Source: Clostridia bacterium (GTDB lineage: Bacteria > Bacillota > Clostridia > TANB77 > CAG-508). From it: a DNA stretch of 64,000 nt. The translations under genes and the position numbers were made by a program. The notes under the pieces are model-generated. The model was not told the origin of the DNA. It was given only the letters and a program-made list of their open reading frames with translations, and did not search any database. Shown piece after piece: positions 19,114 through 29,865 of the stretch. Within the stretch, counting starts at the first letter, position 1. Each line of letters starts with the position of its first letter. The stretch covers positions 557 through 64,556 of the forward strand of contig JAAWGB010000003.1 of NCBI GenBank assembly GCA_022795075.1, written 5' to 3'.

Positions 19114-20151
19114 ATGAAAGAAGGAAAAAAAAGAAAAGGTTTTAAAATATTTGGCATAACGGTTTTAATATTAATCATTTTATTAATAGTCATTGTAGGA
19201 GGAACCTATTGGTATATTCAGGATAAATTAAGTAAATTACAACGAATTGATTTAAAAGAAGAAGAACTAAGGGTATCCACACAAGCAGAGGCAAGTTTAG
19301 TAGATTACCGAAATATAGCTATTTTTGGGGTAGATAGTAGAGATGATAATTTACATAGAGGAAATCGAAGTGATTGCATTATTATAGCAAGTTTGAATAA
19401 TAAAACCAAAGAAGTAAAATTAATATCGGTATATAGAGATACCTATGTACAAATAGAAGGTCATGGACTAGAGAAAATAACACATGCCTATTCTTATGGT
19501 TCAGCACCACTTGCTATTCGTACATTAAATACAAACTTGGATTTAAATATAAAAGAGTTTATTACAGTAAACTTTGATTCTGTTGCAGGAGCAGTAGATA
19601 AATTAGGAGGAGTAGTTATTGAAATTGAAACAGAGGAAGAACTAAAATATTTGAACTCTTATATTGATGGAACTGCAAAAGTAACAGGAAAATCAAATGA
19701 AAAGGTGCAAGCAATAGGAAAACAAACTTTAAATGGTGTACAAGCTGTAGCTTATTCTAGAATTCGTTATACAGAAGGAGGAGATTACAAAAGAACAGAA
19801 AGAATGAGAACGGTTATTGAAGCAATGGTAGAGAAATTAAAGACAAAAAATATTAGTGAAATAAATAGTTTTATTGATTTTATTTTACCAAAAGTATATA
19901 CCAATATTACAGCAGGTGATGTATTTAGTTTATTACCCAATATGACTAATTTTAAGATTACAAATAGTATAGGCTGGCCCTATGAAACAAAGGGAATTAC
20001 ATTGGATAGATGGTATGGAGTGCCAGTCACACTGGAAAGAAACGTAATTGAACTACATAAACAGGTATTTCAAAAAAATGATTATCAAGTCTCACAAAGA
20101 GTAAAAGAAATTAGTGAAGAAATTGCTCAAAAGACAGGATATAACAATTAA
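19114..20151 (+). CDS. LytR-CpsA-Psr (LCP) family cell-wall polymer ligase
   Basis: N-terminal TM helix, then RSDCIIIASLN...ISVYRDTYV and a YSRIRY... LCP domain. Confidence 0.85.
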   Translation: MKEGKKRKGFKIFGITVLILIILLIVIVGGTYWYIQDKLSKLQRIDLKEEELRVSTQAEASLVDYRNIAIFGVDSRDDNLHRGNRSDCIIIASLNNKTKEVKLISVYRDTYVQIEGHGLEKITHAYSYGSAPLAIRTLNTNLDLNIKEFITVNFDSVAGAVDKLGGVVIEIETEEELKYLNSYIDGTAKVTGKSNEKVQAIGKQTLNGVQAVAYSRIRYTEGGDYKRTERMRTVIEAMVEKLKTKNISEINSFIDFILPKVYTNITAGDVFSLLPNMTNFKITNSIGWPYETKGITLDRWYGVPVTLERNVIELHKQVFQKNDYQVSQRVKEISEEIAQKTGYNN

Positions 20152-20172
20152 GGAATTAATTTACATAAATGG

Positions 20173-20201
20173 TTGACAAAAAATAAAAAAGAAGGTATAA
20201 T
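20173..20201 (+). promoter_or_regulatory. consensus sigma-A promoter of the polysaccharide gene cluster
   Basis: TTGACA, 17-nt spacer, TATAAT. Both hexamers are perfect. Confidence 0.6.
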
Positions 20202-20239
20202 AGAAAGGAATATTATGGTAAGTTCATAAGGAGGAGATT

Positions 20240-20956
20240 ATGAATATAAAGGAGAATTTAATTATACCAACCTTTAGTAGCATAGATACACAAATACTTT
20301 CAGAAAAAATTTTAGAAGATAAAAACAAATCATTTCTAAAACTAGAAAAAACAATTAAAAGAATAATTGACATAATAGGAGCCACAATAGGAATTTTCTT
20401 AATGATACCTTTAACAATAATAATTTATTCTATAGAAAGAATAATTGGAGATAAAGGATCTGTTTTTTATACACAAACAAGAATCGGACAAGATGGTAAG
20501 TTTTTTAAGATGTACAAGTATCGATCTATGGTTATTGGAGCAGAAGAAAAATTACAACAATACATCGAGGAAAATGAAGAAGCAAGGGAAGAGTATAGAA
20601 AATATAAAAAATTAGAAAAAGATCCAAGAGTAACGAAAGTGGGAAGAATATTAAGAAAGACAAGCTTAGATGAATTTCCTCAATTTATTAATGTACTAAA
20701 AGGTGAAATGACTTTGGTAGGACCAAGACCTTATTTACCACAAGAAAAGGAAGAAATGAATGGATATTTCAAAAGTATTACTTCTTTAAAACCAGGAGTT
20801 ACAGGATTATGGCAAATAAGTGGTAGAAGTACAATAACATTTGTGGAAAGACTAGAACTAGATATGAATTATTATCAAAATAAGACATTAAAGACAGACT
20901 TAAAAATTATAGGAAAAACAATTGAACAAGTAATAAAAAAAGAAGGGGCTATTTAG
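20240..20956 (+). CDS. undecaprenyl-phosphate sugar phosphotransferase (bacterial sugar transferase family)
   Basis: YKYRSM...DPRVTKVGRILRKTSLDEFPQFINVLKGEMTLVGPRP is the hallmark of EpsL/WbaP C-terminal domain-type priming transferases. Confidence 0.85.
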   Translation: MNIKENLIIPTFSSIDTQILSEKILEDKNKSFLKLEKTIKRIIDIIGATIGIFLMIPLTIIIYSIERIIGDKGSVFYTQTRIGQDGKFFKMYKYRSMVIGAEEKLQQYIEENEEAREEYRKYKKLEKDPRVTKVGRILRKTSLDEFPQFINVLKGEMTLVGPRPYLPQEKEEMNGYFKSITSLKPGVTGLWQISGRSTITFVERLELDMNYYQNKTLKTDLKIIGKTIEQVIKKEGAI

Positions 20957-21076
20957 GCTACATGAATATTTTATCATTAATAAATTTTGTTAGGAAGATT
21001 TGCTAATTTATTAAGAAAAAATGGTCATGTAATAGCCTTTTTTCTTATTAGGAAAACATAAATCTTCTTAAGAAAA

Positions 21077-22255
21077 ATGAGAAAGGTGTATGATAAAATG
21101 GAACAAAAAACAATAAGAATTGCACAAATAATGGGAAAATGGGTTGGTGGAGGTGTAGAAGCAGTTGTAATGAATTATTATCAACGAATGGATAAAAGTA
21201 AAGTGCAATTTGATTTTATCTGTGACGATGATTCAACCAATATTCCTTATGAAGAAATAAAAAAGCTAGGAGGAAAGGTAATAACCATTCCTCCTTATCA
21301 AAAAATACTAACCTATCATAAACAATTAAAAAAGGTATTACAAAAGGGAAATTATAAAATAGTCCATTCCCATATTAATACATTATCGGTATTTAGCTTA
21401 TGGGCTGCTAAATCTGCCAAAGTTCCTATTCGTATAGCACATTCACATAGTACGACTAATAAAAAGGAAAAAAAGAAGAATTTAATGAAACAAATTTTAA
21501 GACATTTTTCAAAACTATTTGCTACGGATTATATGTGTTGTTCAGAATTAGCAGGAAGATGGCTCTTTGGAGATAAAGAATATGAGAAGGGAAAAGTATA
21601 TTTATTAAATAATGCTATTGATGTGGAAAATTTTCAATACAATGAAACAATAAGAAAAGACATTAGAAAAGAATGGAACATAAAAGAAGAAACCTTGGTA
21701 ATAGGTCATATTGGAAGGTTCTGTGAGCAAAAAAATCATAGTTTTTTAATAGATATTTTTAAACAAGTAAATCAGCTAAATAGAGACTCTATACTAGTTT
21801 TGGTAGGACAAGGAAATAAAATGAAAGAAATCAAAGAAAAAGTAGAACAATTAGATTTACAAAAAAATGTTATATTTTATGGACAAAGAGACGATATTAA
21901 TAGAGTATATCAAGGGTTAGATGCTTTTGTTTTTCCAAGTATATATGAAGGCTTAGGAATGGTTTTAATAGAAGCACAATGTTCAAATTTGTATTGTATT
22001 ACTTCAACAGAAGTTCCAACAAGTGCAAAAATAAATGAAAATATAGATTATTTATCACTCTTAGAATCTCCTAATACATGGGCTAATAAAATACTAGAAA
22101 ATAGTAAACAAAAAATACAAAGAGAATTATTTAATCAAGCAATTCAAGATAGAGGATATGATATAAAAAGAGAAGAAAAGAAATTAACTAAAAAATATTT
22201 AAAGTTGTACGAAAGAATTAAAGAGGAGGAAAATGAAGGTGAAAAAATTCATTAA
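21077..22255 (+). CDS. glycosyltransferase family 4 (GT-B)
   Basis: C-terminal FVFPSIYEGLGMVLIEAQ (E-x7-E type) motif. Likely start ATG 21098 (MEQKTIRIAQ). Confidence 0.8.
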   Translation: MRKVYDKMEQKTIRIAQIMGKWVGGGVEAVVMNYYQRMDKSKVQFDFICDDDSTNIPYEEIKKLGGKVITIPPYQKILTYHKQLKKVLQKGNYKIVHSHINTLSVFSLWAAKSAKVPIRIAHSHSTTNKKEKKKNLMKQILRHFSKLFATDYMCCSELAGRWLFGDKEYEKGKVYLLNNAIDVENFQYNETIRKDIRKEWNIKEETLVIGHIGRFCEQKNHSFLIDIFKQVNQLNRDSILVLVGQGNKMKEIKEKVEQLDLQKNVIFYGQRDDINRVYQGLDAFVFPSIYEGLGMVLIEAQCSNLYCITSTEVPTSAKINENIDYLSLLESPNTWANKILENSKQKIQRELFNQAIQDRGYDIKREEKKLTKKYLKLYERIKEEENEGEKIH

Positions 22256-23414
22256 AAATATCATCAAAAATAATAAAATAATTTATGGTATCTATAATTT
22301 TGTTTTTTCATTTTTTCTAAACATCATAGGAAAGTTTATAAAAGTAGATGAAAATCAAGCTTTATTTGTAGTATATGGTGGAAAAAGATATGATGATAGT
22401 CCAAGATTTGTTTACGAATTTATCAAAAAGCAAATAGAATATCAACATATAAAATGTGTATGGGCATTTATTTCTCCAAACGATTTTGAATTTATTCCAA
22501 AAAACGAAAAAATAAAAATTGATACAATGTCTTATTATAAGACAATATTTAAATCGAAATATTGGATTACTAATTCTTCTGTAAAAAGAGGACTAAATTT
22601 AAAAGGAAAGAATCATTTAGATGTATTTTTTTCACATGGTATAGCAGGACTTAAAAAAATAGGAATTGATATGGATAAAAGTAACCAATCTTTTCGTTCT
22701 AAAAAACAAGAAGAATTTGATATGATAGTATTAGGAGGAAAAAAAGAAAAAGAGATATTAGTAAGAGCTTGGCAAACAAAGGAAGAACATTTCTATGTAA
22801 CAGGTTTGCCACGTAATGATGAATTATATCATGTAGAAGAAGAAAAAGTAAGAGAAATTAAACAAAAGTTAAAAATACCATTTGATAAAAAAGTAATTCT
22901 ATATGCACCTACTTATCGTGAATTTTATCAAGACAATCATTTTGATAATATTATTCAAAATCCTTTCGATTTTGAGAAAATGGAACAACAGTTATCAGAT
23001 GAATATGTATTAGTTGTAACAGCACATTATTTAGTTGGAAAATTATTAGGTATTCCGAAGAACAATTCATTTATCATAAATGCTTTTGAATATCCTTATA
23101 TAAATGATTTATTAATGATAGCAGATATTTTAATATCAGATTATTCTAGTGTTGTTTGGGATTATGCTATATTAGAAAGACCAATTCTATGTTTTGGTTA
23201 TGATTATAATAAATATGTAGAAGAAAGAGGAGCATATTTAGATTTAGAAAAGGTATTTTTTAATGGGGTGATTAAAACACAAGAACAATTAATAGAAACG
23301 ATAAAAAATATGAATTTTGAAGAACAAAAACAACATACCAAACAATTAAAACAAGAATATATTTTAATTGAAGAAAATTCTACACAAAAAATAGCTCCAA
23401 TAATATTTAAATAG
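22233..23414 (+). CDS. CDP-glycerol glycerophosphotransferase (TagB/TagF family)
   Basis: YAPTYRE and SDYSSVVWDY motifs typical of the TagF family. Confidence 0.8.
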   Translation: MKVKKFIKNIIKNNKIIYGIYNFVFSFFLNIIGKFIKVDENQALFVVYGGKRYDDSPRFVYEFIKKQIEYQHIKCVWAFISPNDFEFIPKNEKIKIDTMSYYKTIFKSKYWITNSSVKRGLNLKGKNHLDVFFSHGIAGLKKIGIDMDKSNQSFRSKKQEEFDMIVLGGKKEKEILVRAWQTKEEHFYVTGLPRNDELYHVEEEKVREIKQKLKIPFDKKVILYAPTYREFYQDNHFDNIIQNPFDFEKMEQQLSDEYVLVVTAHYLVGKLLGIPKNNSFIINAFEYPYINDLLMIADILISDYSSVVWDYAILERPILCFGYDYNKYVEERGAYLDLEKVFFNGVIKTQEQLIETIKNMNFEEQKQHTKQLKQEYILIEENSTQKIAPIIFK

Positions 23415-23428
23415 AAAGGTAAAAAAAC

Positions 23429-24548
23429 ATGAAAAGAGAAGAACCAATTAGAATTTTACAATGTATGCCAACTAATTTGATAATGCGGAGGAATCGAAAA
23501 TTTTATTATGAATATTTATAGAAATATAGATAGAAGTAAAGTTCAATTTGATTTTTTAACACATGGTATAGGAGAAGATTATTTTGAAGAAGAAATTAAA
23601 CAATTAGGGGGAAACATCTATCGATTACCATTTATAAAAGATTATAAAAATTATAAAAAGCAAATGGGAAATTTTTGGAAAGAAAATCAAGGAAAATATC
23701 AAACTATACATATTCATGCTTGTTACGCAATGTCTTATTTTGATGCCAAACAAGCTAAAAAAAATAAAATAAAAAATATTATTGTACATTCTCATAGTGC
23801 TAATACTAATATTAAGAAAAGGAAAATCGTACAAGATTTATTAAAAAGTAAGTTAACTAAAATAGCAAATTATCGATTAACTTGTAGTAAGGAAGCGGCA
23901 GAGTGGATGTTTTCTAAAAAAATAATAACCAATGAACAATATAAAAAAATAAATAATGCTATTCATGTGGAGGATTACCAATTTGATTTAAAAAAAAGAG
24001 AAAAGGTAAGAAAAAAGTTGAGGTTAGAAGGAAAATTTGTAGTAGGACATGTAGGACGTTTATCTGCTGCTAAAAATCATATGTTTTTATTAGAAGTCTT
24101 TAAAGAAATTGTAAAAAAACAAGATAATGCAGTATTATTATTAGTTGGGGACGGCGAATTAAAGGAATCAATTATACAAAAAGCACAAAAATTAGGAATT
24201 TTAGAAAAAGTAATATTATTAGGGAATAGCAATAAAGTATCAGATTTTTTACAAGCTATGGATGTATTTGTATTTCCTTCTTTATTTGAAGGTTTTGGTT
24301 TAGCTGTTTTAGAAGCACAAATAACAGGTCTTCCATGTTTGATTGCTAATCATATTACCAAGGAAGTTAAAGTAACTGATTTAGTAGAATTTATTTCCCT
24401 ACAAGAAAAGCCAGAAAATTGGGCAAAAAAAATACTACTAAAAAAAATAGATAAAAGGGAAAATAGAGTAGAAGAAGTAAAAGAAAAGAAATATGATATA
24501 ATAGATGTAACAAAAGAACTGCAAGATTTTTATTTAGAGATAAATTAA
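23429..24548 (+). CDS. glycosyltransferase family 4; needs a +1 shift at CGG 23486-23488
   Basis: Paralogue of 21077-22255. The N-terminal 19 codons (MKREEPIRILQCMPTNLIM) are in one frame and the rest (GGIENFIMNIYRNIDRSKVQFDF...) is in the +1 frame. C-terminal FVFPSLFEGFGLAVLEAQ motif. Confidence 0.75.
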
Positions 24549-24565
24549 AAAAGAGAGGTACAAAA

Positions 24566-25693
24566 ATGAAATCACAAATGATGACATATGATATTTTATA
24601 TACAATATTTTCGATAGCATGTATCATGTTATATATAATCTTTGATAAAAAAACTAAAAAAATACAACCAATTGATATTATTATGATTGTAATATTAATA
24701 GTAGTTTCAGGGATAAGATGTAATGTTGGTTCTGACTATTATGTGTATTATTCTGCTTATAATGATTGGTTAAGTAAATTAGATAGTATCGGTGATGTTA
24801 TCCAATCTAATAATCAATTTGGTCTTTATGTATTAGGTTTTATCTTAAAAAATATAACAGAATTTCCTTATGCTTTATTTTGGTTAATAGCTTGCATGAT
24901 TTATCCATGTATGATTATTTATATGAGAAAAAAGACCAATAACCCAAGTATCGGTTTTATGTGTTATACTTTATTAGGATTTTTTGCTATTTCTAATAAT
25001 ATCTTAAAACAGACAATGGCAATGTTAATGATGGTTTATGCTTATGAAAGTTTAGTAAAAAATAAAAAAATAAAATTTGTTTTAGCAACTTTGCTTGCTA
25101 CAACTTTTCATACAACAGCTATTGTGGTAGCCATATTAATGATATTGGCAAGAAAGATAAAACCTTCTTATAAGAATTTGCTTTTATGTATCTTAATTGG
25201 AGTAGTAGGGTTTTTAGCTTATAATGTTATTGGAAATATTGTTAGTCATATATCTATATTAGAAAGGTATCAAACCTATTTTATTAACACAACAACTTAT
25301 TCTTCTATGATTAAAGAAACAATTGGTGTAGTTGGTTATGCTATTATTTATATTGCTATAGTTACTCTTCTGATTAGTAAAAAAGAACAAATAAAAGAAA
25401 ATGATGAAGAGGCTTATAAAAGAATTTCTTTATTAATGGTTGGAATTGCAATTAGTATATTTTCCATTAACAATTGGACAATCAATCGAATTGCTTTATA
25501 TTTATATCAGTTTGTTATAACTATTATGCCAGCGTTGTTTGCTGTAAAATATTCACCAAAAGAGAAAAGAAACTATATGTTTATGATTCTTATTTTATTA
25601 GTATCTGCTTGTTTATTTTTAACAATTTTTGCAGCAGAAAATGAATATTATAGCTATCAAACCTATTTTAATACAGAGCCAATGCCATATTAA
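24566..25693 (+). CDS. EpsG-family / Wzy-like polysaccharide polymerase (polytopic membrane protein)
   Basis: About 10 predicted TM helices. Composition and position in the cps-type locus fit the EpsG family. Confidence 0.65.
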   Translation: MKSQMMTYDILYTIFSIACIMLYIIFDKKTKKIQPIDIIMIVILIVVSGIRCNVGSDYYVYYSAYNDWLSKLDSIGDVIQSNNQFGLYVLGFILKNITEFPYALFWLIACMIYPCMIIYMRKKTNNPSIGFMCYTLLGFFAISNNILKQTMAMLMMVYAYESLVKNKKIKFVLATLLATTFHTTAIVVAILMILARKIKPSYKNLLLCILIGVVGFLAYNVIGNIVSHISILERYQTYFINTTTYSSMIKETIGVVGYAIIYIAIVTLLISKKEQIKENDEEAYKRISLLMVGIAISIFSINNWTINRIALYLYQFVITIMPALFAVKYSPKEKRNYMFMILILLVSACLFLTIFAAENEYYSYQTYFNTEPMPY

Positions 25694-25745
25694 TGTTAAG
25701 TGTAAGAATGCAAAATAGAAAAATTTAGTGAAAGGACTAAATAAC

Positions 25746-26810
25746 ATGGAAAAAATAACAGTTATTATACCAGTATATAATGCAGAAAAATATATCCAAT
25801 TTTGTATAGAAAGTGTTATTCATCAAACCTATGAAAATTTAGAAATATTAGTTATTTTAGATGGAACAACTGATTCTAGTAGAGACATTTTAAAAGAATA
25901 TGCTAAAAAAGATACAAGAATTAGAATGATAGAAAGGGAAAATAAAGGCATATTTTATACTAGAATAGAAGGAATAAAAAAAGCAACTTCTCAATATATT
26001 TATTTTTTGGATGCAGATGATTGGATAGAAAAAGAAACCATTGAAATTATGTACCAATCTATGAAAAAATATCAAGCAAATATTGTTAGATGTAAAAATT
26101 ATTATAAAGATGAGAACAAAAAAGTAGGACAAGATGAAAAAATAGAATATTGGCAAACGAAAGATTTTAATGCGAATTTTTATCAGCGTTTATTTGGTAC
26201 CTATGACTTTGCCTGCATTTGGAATCAATTAATTGAAAAGAAATTTTTTGAAAATTTAGAAAAAATAGATTATACAATTAATTTTGGAGAAGATTATTTA
26301 TTAAATTTAAATATATATAAGAATATCGATTCTCTTGTTTTAATACCCAATTATTTTTATCATTATCGAACCAATAATGAAAGTATTACGAATCAACAAA
26401 ATTACGAAGGGTTATGTAAAAAGTTAAATAGTAGTTATAAAAGTCATGCTGAAATTGTTAAAATAATTAACCAATATGATAAGATTGAGCAAAAAGATAG
26501 CTATGAAAAACTTGCAATTTTTAGAATGATAAGAGTCATGAAAAATCGTATGATAGAATTTGCAAGTTTTGCAGTCAAGCAAGGAAGACAAGAAGAAGCA
26601 AAGCAGGTAGTAGAAAAAATAGTAAAACAAAAAGAATTTTATAAATTATGCGAAAACATAACACAAAAAGAATTATTGTTACTGGCAAAACAAGAAAATC
26701 ATAAATATGTTATGAAAAATATTTATCAAAAAAATATCAAAAATATAATGAATTATATAAAGAGAATTTATATACCAGGAAAAGAAATAAAAAAGATGAT
26801 AAGGAGATAA
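25746..26810 (+). CDS. glycosyltransferase family 2
   Basis: ITVIIPVYNAEKYI...SVIHQTY...LDADDW motifs. The ORF opens at 25728 (GTG), but ATG 25746 is the likely start. Confidence 0.85.
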   Translation: MEKITVIIPVYNAEKYIQFCIESVIHQTYENLEILVILDGTTDSSRDILKEYAKKDTRIRMIERENKGIFYTRIEGIKKATSQYIYFLDADDWIEKETIEIMYQSMKKYQANIVRCKNYYKDENKKVGQDEKIEYWQTKDFNANFYQRLFGTYDFACIWNQLIEKKFFENLEKIDYTINFGEDYLLNLNIYKNIDSLVLIPNYFYHYRTNNESITNQQNYEGLCKKLNSSYKSHAEIVKIINQYDKIEQKDSYEKLAIFRMIRVMKNRMIEFASFAVKQGRQEEAKQVVEKIVKQKEFYKLCENITQKELLLLAKQENHKYVMKNIYQKNIKNIMNYIKRIYIPGKEIKKMIRR

Positions 26811-26811
26811 T

Positions 26812-28329
26812 ATGCGTTCAGTCAATTCAATTAAAAATGCAATCATAGCAACGGTTATGAATATAGTAACAATTGTAATAGGATTTATTGCTCAGAAGAT
26901 ATTTATACAAACTTTAGGAACAGAATATTTAGGAATTAATGGCTTATTTACGAATATACTTTCTATGCTTGGCATCATAGAATTAGGTTTAGGTTCTGCC
27001 ATTATTTATCATTTATATAAACCTATTGCTAAAGAAGATAAAGAAAAAATAAAATCTTTGTTATTGTTCTATAAGATAGGATATCGAGTAATTGGATTTA
27101 TAATAGCAATAATTGGTTTATTAATTATTCCATTTTTACACTTTATAGTAGGGAAAGTTACCATTTCTGAAAATATTATTTATATTTACTTGTTATTTTT
27201 AATGGATATTGTAGTTTCTTATTTATTAACTTATAAGCGCTCTATTTTGTATGCTAATCAAAAAACTTATGTTGTAAATTTAGTGCATATTGCTTATTTA
27301 GTGATAATGAATGTAACACAATTAACTATATTAATTTTAACGAAAAATTATATTTTATATTTGTGGATAAAGATTATTTGTCGTATATTGGAAAATATAG
27401 TAATTACCATTATAGCAAATCATCAATATCCATATATTAAAGATAAAAATGTAAAATTATTAGAAAAAGACGTAAGAAAAAGTATTTTTACAAAAGTAAA
27501 AGGTTTGGTATACCATAAAATAGGAAGTTTTGTAGTATTGGGAAGCGATAATATTATCATTTCTACTTTTTTAGGAGTTGTAACAGTAGGTTTATATTCT
27601 AATTATAATTTAATTATTCAAGCATTAAATAATTTATTTTCACAAGTGTTCAATTCTATTACAGCAAGTGTAGGAAACTTATTAATAGAAAGTGATAAAA
27701 AGAAATCTTATAGTGTTTATAAAAATATTTTATTTCTTAATTCATGGATGTATGCTTTTGCTTCTACTGGATTGTTATGTGTGATGGAACCATTTGTAAA
27801 GGTATGGATTGGAAGTGAATTCTTATTACCATTTGGTGTTTTAATTACATTAGTAATTAATTTTTATTCACAAGGTATGAGAAAAACAAGCAACACTTTT
27901 AAAGAAGCAGCAGGTATTTTTTATGAGGATCGATTTGTACCATTGTGGGAATCTTTACTTAATATCGTAGCATCTGTTATCTTAGTAAAAATATTTGGAT
28001 TAATGGGTGTATTTATAGGAACGATTATTAGTACATTTGTATTGTTTTTTTATAGCTATCCACAATTTGTATATAAACCATTATTTGAAAGAACTTATAT
28101 ACAATATATCAAAGATTATATACCTTATTTATTAGGAACAATTTTATCTGTTTTTAGTACCTATTTACTTATTGATTGCATACAATTTACTAATTCTATT
28201 TTACAAATAGTCGTAAATGTAATTTTAGTTATTGTGATTCCAAATATGATTCATTTTCTATTGTTTTACAAAACAGAACAATTTAAGTATTATAAGGAAC
28301 TTTTGACTAAAGTAATAAATAAAAAATAA
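26812..28329 (+). CDS. Wzx-type oligosaccharide flippase (MOP superfamily)
   Basis: 505 aa with about 12-14 TM helices. N-terminus SVNSIKNAIIATVMNIVTIVIGFIAQKIFI is typical of polysaccharide biosynthesis proteins. Confidence 0.8.
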   Translation: MRSVNSIKNAIIATVMNIVTIVIGFIAQKIFIQTLGTEYLGINGLFTNILSMLGIIELGLGSAIIYHLYKPIAKEDKEKIKSLLLFYKIGYRVIGFIIAIIGLLIIPFLHFIVGKVTISENIIYIYLLFLMDIVVSYLLTYKRSILYANQKTYVVNLVHIAYLVIMNVTQLTILILTKNYILYLWIKIICRILENIVITIIANHQYPYIKDKNVKLLEKDVRKSIFTKVKGLVYHKIGSFVVLGSDNIIISTFLGVVTVGLYSNYNLIIQALNNLFSQVFNSITASVGNLLIESDKKKSYSVYKNILFLNSWMYAFASTGLLCVMEPFVKVWIGSEFLLPFGVLITLVINFYSQGMRKTSNTFKEAAGIFYEDRFVPLWESLLNIVASVILVKIFGLMGVFIGTIISTFVLFFYSYPQFVYKPLFERTYIQYIKDYIPYLLGTILSVFSTYLLIDCIQFTNSILQIVVNVILVIVIPNMIHFLLFYKTEQFKYYKELLTKVINKK

Positions 28330-28536
28330 AATTTAACAAAAGGGTTGAAAAATATAGATAGATATGTTACAATGCAAACATGATTTATCTATGTTTTTTT
28401 GGCAAAAAATAGATAAAGTTTAATTCTAATTAGTAATTTTATTCAGAAAATTTATATCAAAATTTATTTTATTTCAATATGTTTTTAGAAATTATAATAA
28501 TAGATATAAATCATCCAATAAGAAAGGAGGAGTAAT

Positions 28537-28941
28537 ATGACAATAGAAGAGCTTTGGGACAAAATACAAATACAAATGAATATAATGGAAAAAGGCTTAA
28601 GAGAAGAAATGAATATAATGGAAAAAGGCTTAAGAGAAGAAATGAATATAATGGAAAAAGGCTTAAGAGAAGAAATGAATACGAAAGAAAAGAGTCTAAA
28701 AGATGAGATAAAAGAAATGAAAGATGATATAAATGACATAAAAAATGAAGTTCATGTAATAAAAGGTGATATACACATAATAAAAGATGTTAATTTACCA
28801 CATATCTTAACCCATCAAGAAGAAACTAGAAAAGAACTAAAAGATAAGATAGAAGGATACATACAAAAACATGATGTAGAACATAAAAAAATAGACTATC
28901 AATTAGCAAATTTAGAATGGAACAATAAAATAGCCAATTAG
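28537..28941 (+). CDS. hypothetical coiled-coil protein with triplicated 11-aa repeat
   Basis: AGGAGG RBS. K/E-rich heptad-like sequence. Contains the 33-bp x3 tandem repeat. Confidence 0.5.
   Translation: MTIEELWDKIQIQMNIMEKGLREEMNIMEKGLREEMNIMEKGLREEMNTKEKSLKDEIKEMKDDINDIKNEVHVIKGDIHIIKDVNLPHILTHQEETRKELKDKIEGYIQKHDVEHKKIDYQLANLEWNNKIAN
28576..28674 (+). repeat. perfect 33-bp tandem repeat x3 (a diverged 4th unit runs to 28707)
   Basis: ATGAATATAATGGAAAAAGGCTTAAGAGAAGAA is repeated three times without mismatch and encodes MNIMEKGLREE. Confidence 0.9.
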
Positions 28942-28984
28942 AAAAACTAGAAAAACATAGATAAATTTTAAAAAATAGAAGTAT

Positions 28985-29029
28985 CAACCTAAAATATTGT
29001 CTTCTTTTGTAAGATTGTATTTTAGGTTG
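28985..29029. repeat. 12-bp-stem hairpin related to the family-B arm unit
   Basis: CAACCTAAAATA...TATTTTAGGTTG. The inner TGTCTTC...TAGGTTGA resembles the arm at 19001-19037. Confidence 0.4.
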
Positions 29030-29080
29030 AAAGCATAAATGGAAGATTCATAAATTTTATTACAAATAGATAAATAAATC

Positions 29081-29109
29081 TTGCAAAAAATTAAACTTAA
29101 GGGTATACT
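29081..29109 (+). promoter_or_regulatory. candidate sigma-A promoter for cpsC/cpsD/cpsB
   Basis: TTGCAA, 17-nt spacer, TATACT. Confidence 0.5.
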
Positions 29110-29154
29110 ATAAATGGAATAAAACGAATGAAAAAATAGAAAGGAAACAAAGAT

Positions 29155-29865
29155 ATGGAAGAAATCGACTTAAGAGAAATGTTTCAGATATTTTGGAATA
29201 AAAAAATACCAATTATTATAATTGTTATTATGTTTATAATAACAGGATTCATCTATACGACAAAATTTACTACTCCTATGTATAGTTCATCAACAACATT
29301 AGTATTAGCCTCTTCAGAAGATACTAAAGCCAATGCCAATACTACTATAACAGCAACTGATATAACCATTAACTCAAAATTAGTATCTACCTATAGTGAA
29401 CTAGTAAAAAGTAAAAATATATTAAGAGAAGTAATCAACAATTTAGGAATTCAAATGGACGAAGAAATTTTAAGAAAACATGTAAAGGTAAGTTCTGTTA
29501 AAAATACAGAATTAATTGAAATAACAGTTGAAGATGAAAATCCACTAATTGCTGCTAAAATTGCAAATGAAATTGCAAAAGTTTTCACAGATAAAGTAAA
29601 AGAAATTTATAATATAAGCAATGTTCAGATTGTAGATGAAGCAGAAATAGCGTCAACACCATCTAATATTAATCCAGTAAAAAATATGATTTTATTTGCA
29701 GGAATGGGAATAGTAGTAGCAATAATTTATGTAATAATTGCTAACATGTTAGATACAACAGTCAAGTCAGCAGAAGATATTGAAAAGAATTTTAATGTAT
29801 CAGTATTAGTTTCAATACCGATGATAGAAAAATTAAATAATGAAAGGAAACACAAGAGACAATGA
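29155..29865 (+). CDS. cpsC: Wzz/CpsC-type chain-length determinant (BY-kinase transmembrane activator)
   Basis: Two TM helices flank a Wzz domain (YSSSTTLVLAS..., NTELIEITVEDENP). Overlaps the kinase gene via ATGA. Confidence 0.8.
   Translation: MEEIDLREMFQIFWNKKIPIIIIVIMFIITGFIYTTKFTTPMYSSSTTLVLASSEDTKANANTTITATDITINSKLVSTYSELVKSKNILREVINNLGIQMDEEILRKHVKVSSVKNTELIEITVEDENPLIAAKIANEIAKVFTDKVKEIYNISNVQIVDEAEIASTPSNINPVKNMILFAGMGIVVAIIYVIIANMLDTTVKSAEDIEKNFNVSVLVSIPMIEKLNNERKHKRQ

Noticed and set aside
28350-29075. Recurring ATAGATAAA-like motif around the small coiled-coil gene (about 28363, 28412, 28960, 29067)
   Set aside because: The motif is short and AT-rich in an AT-rich spacer. It cannot be distinguished from chance without statistics.
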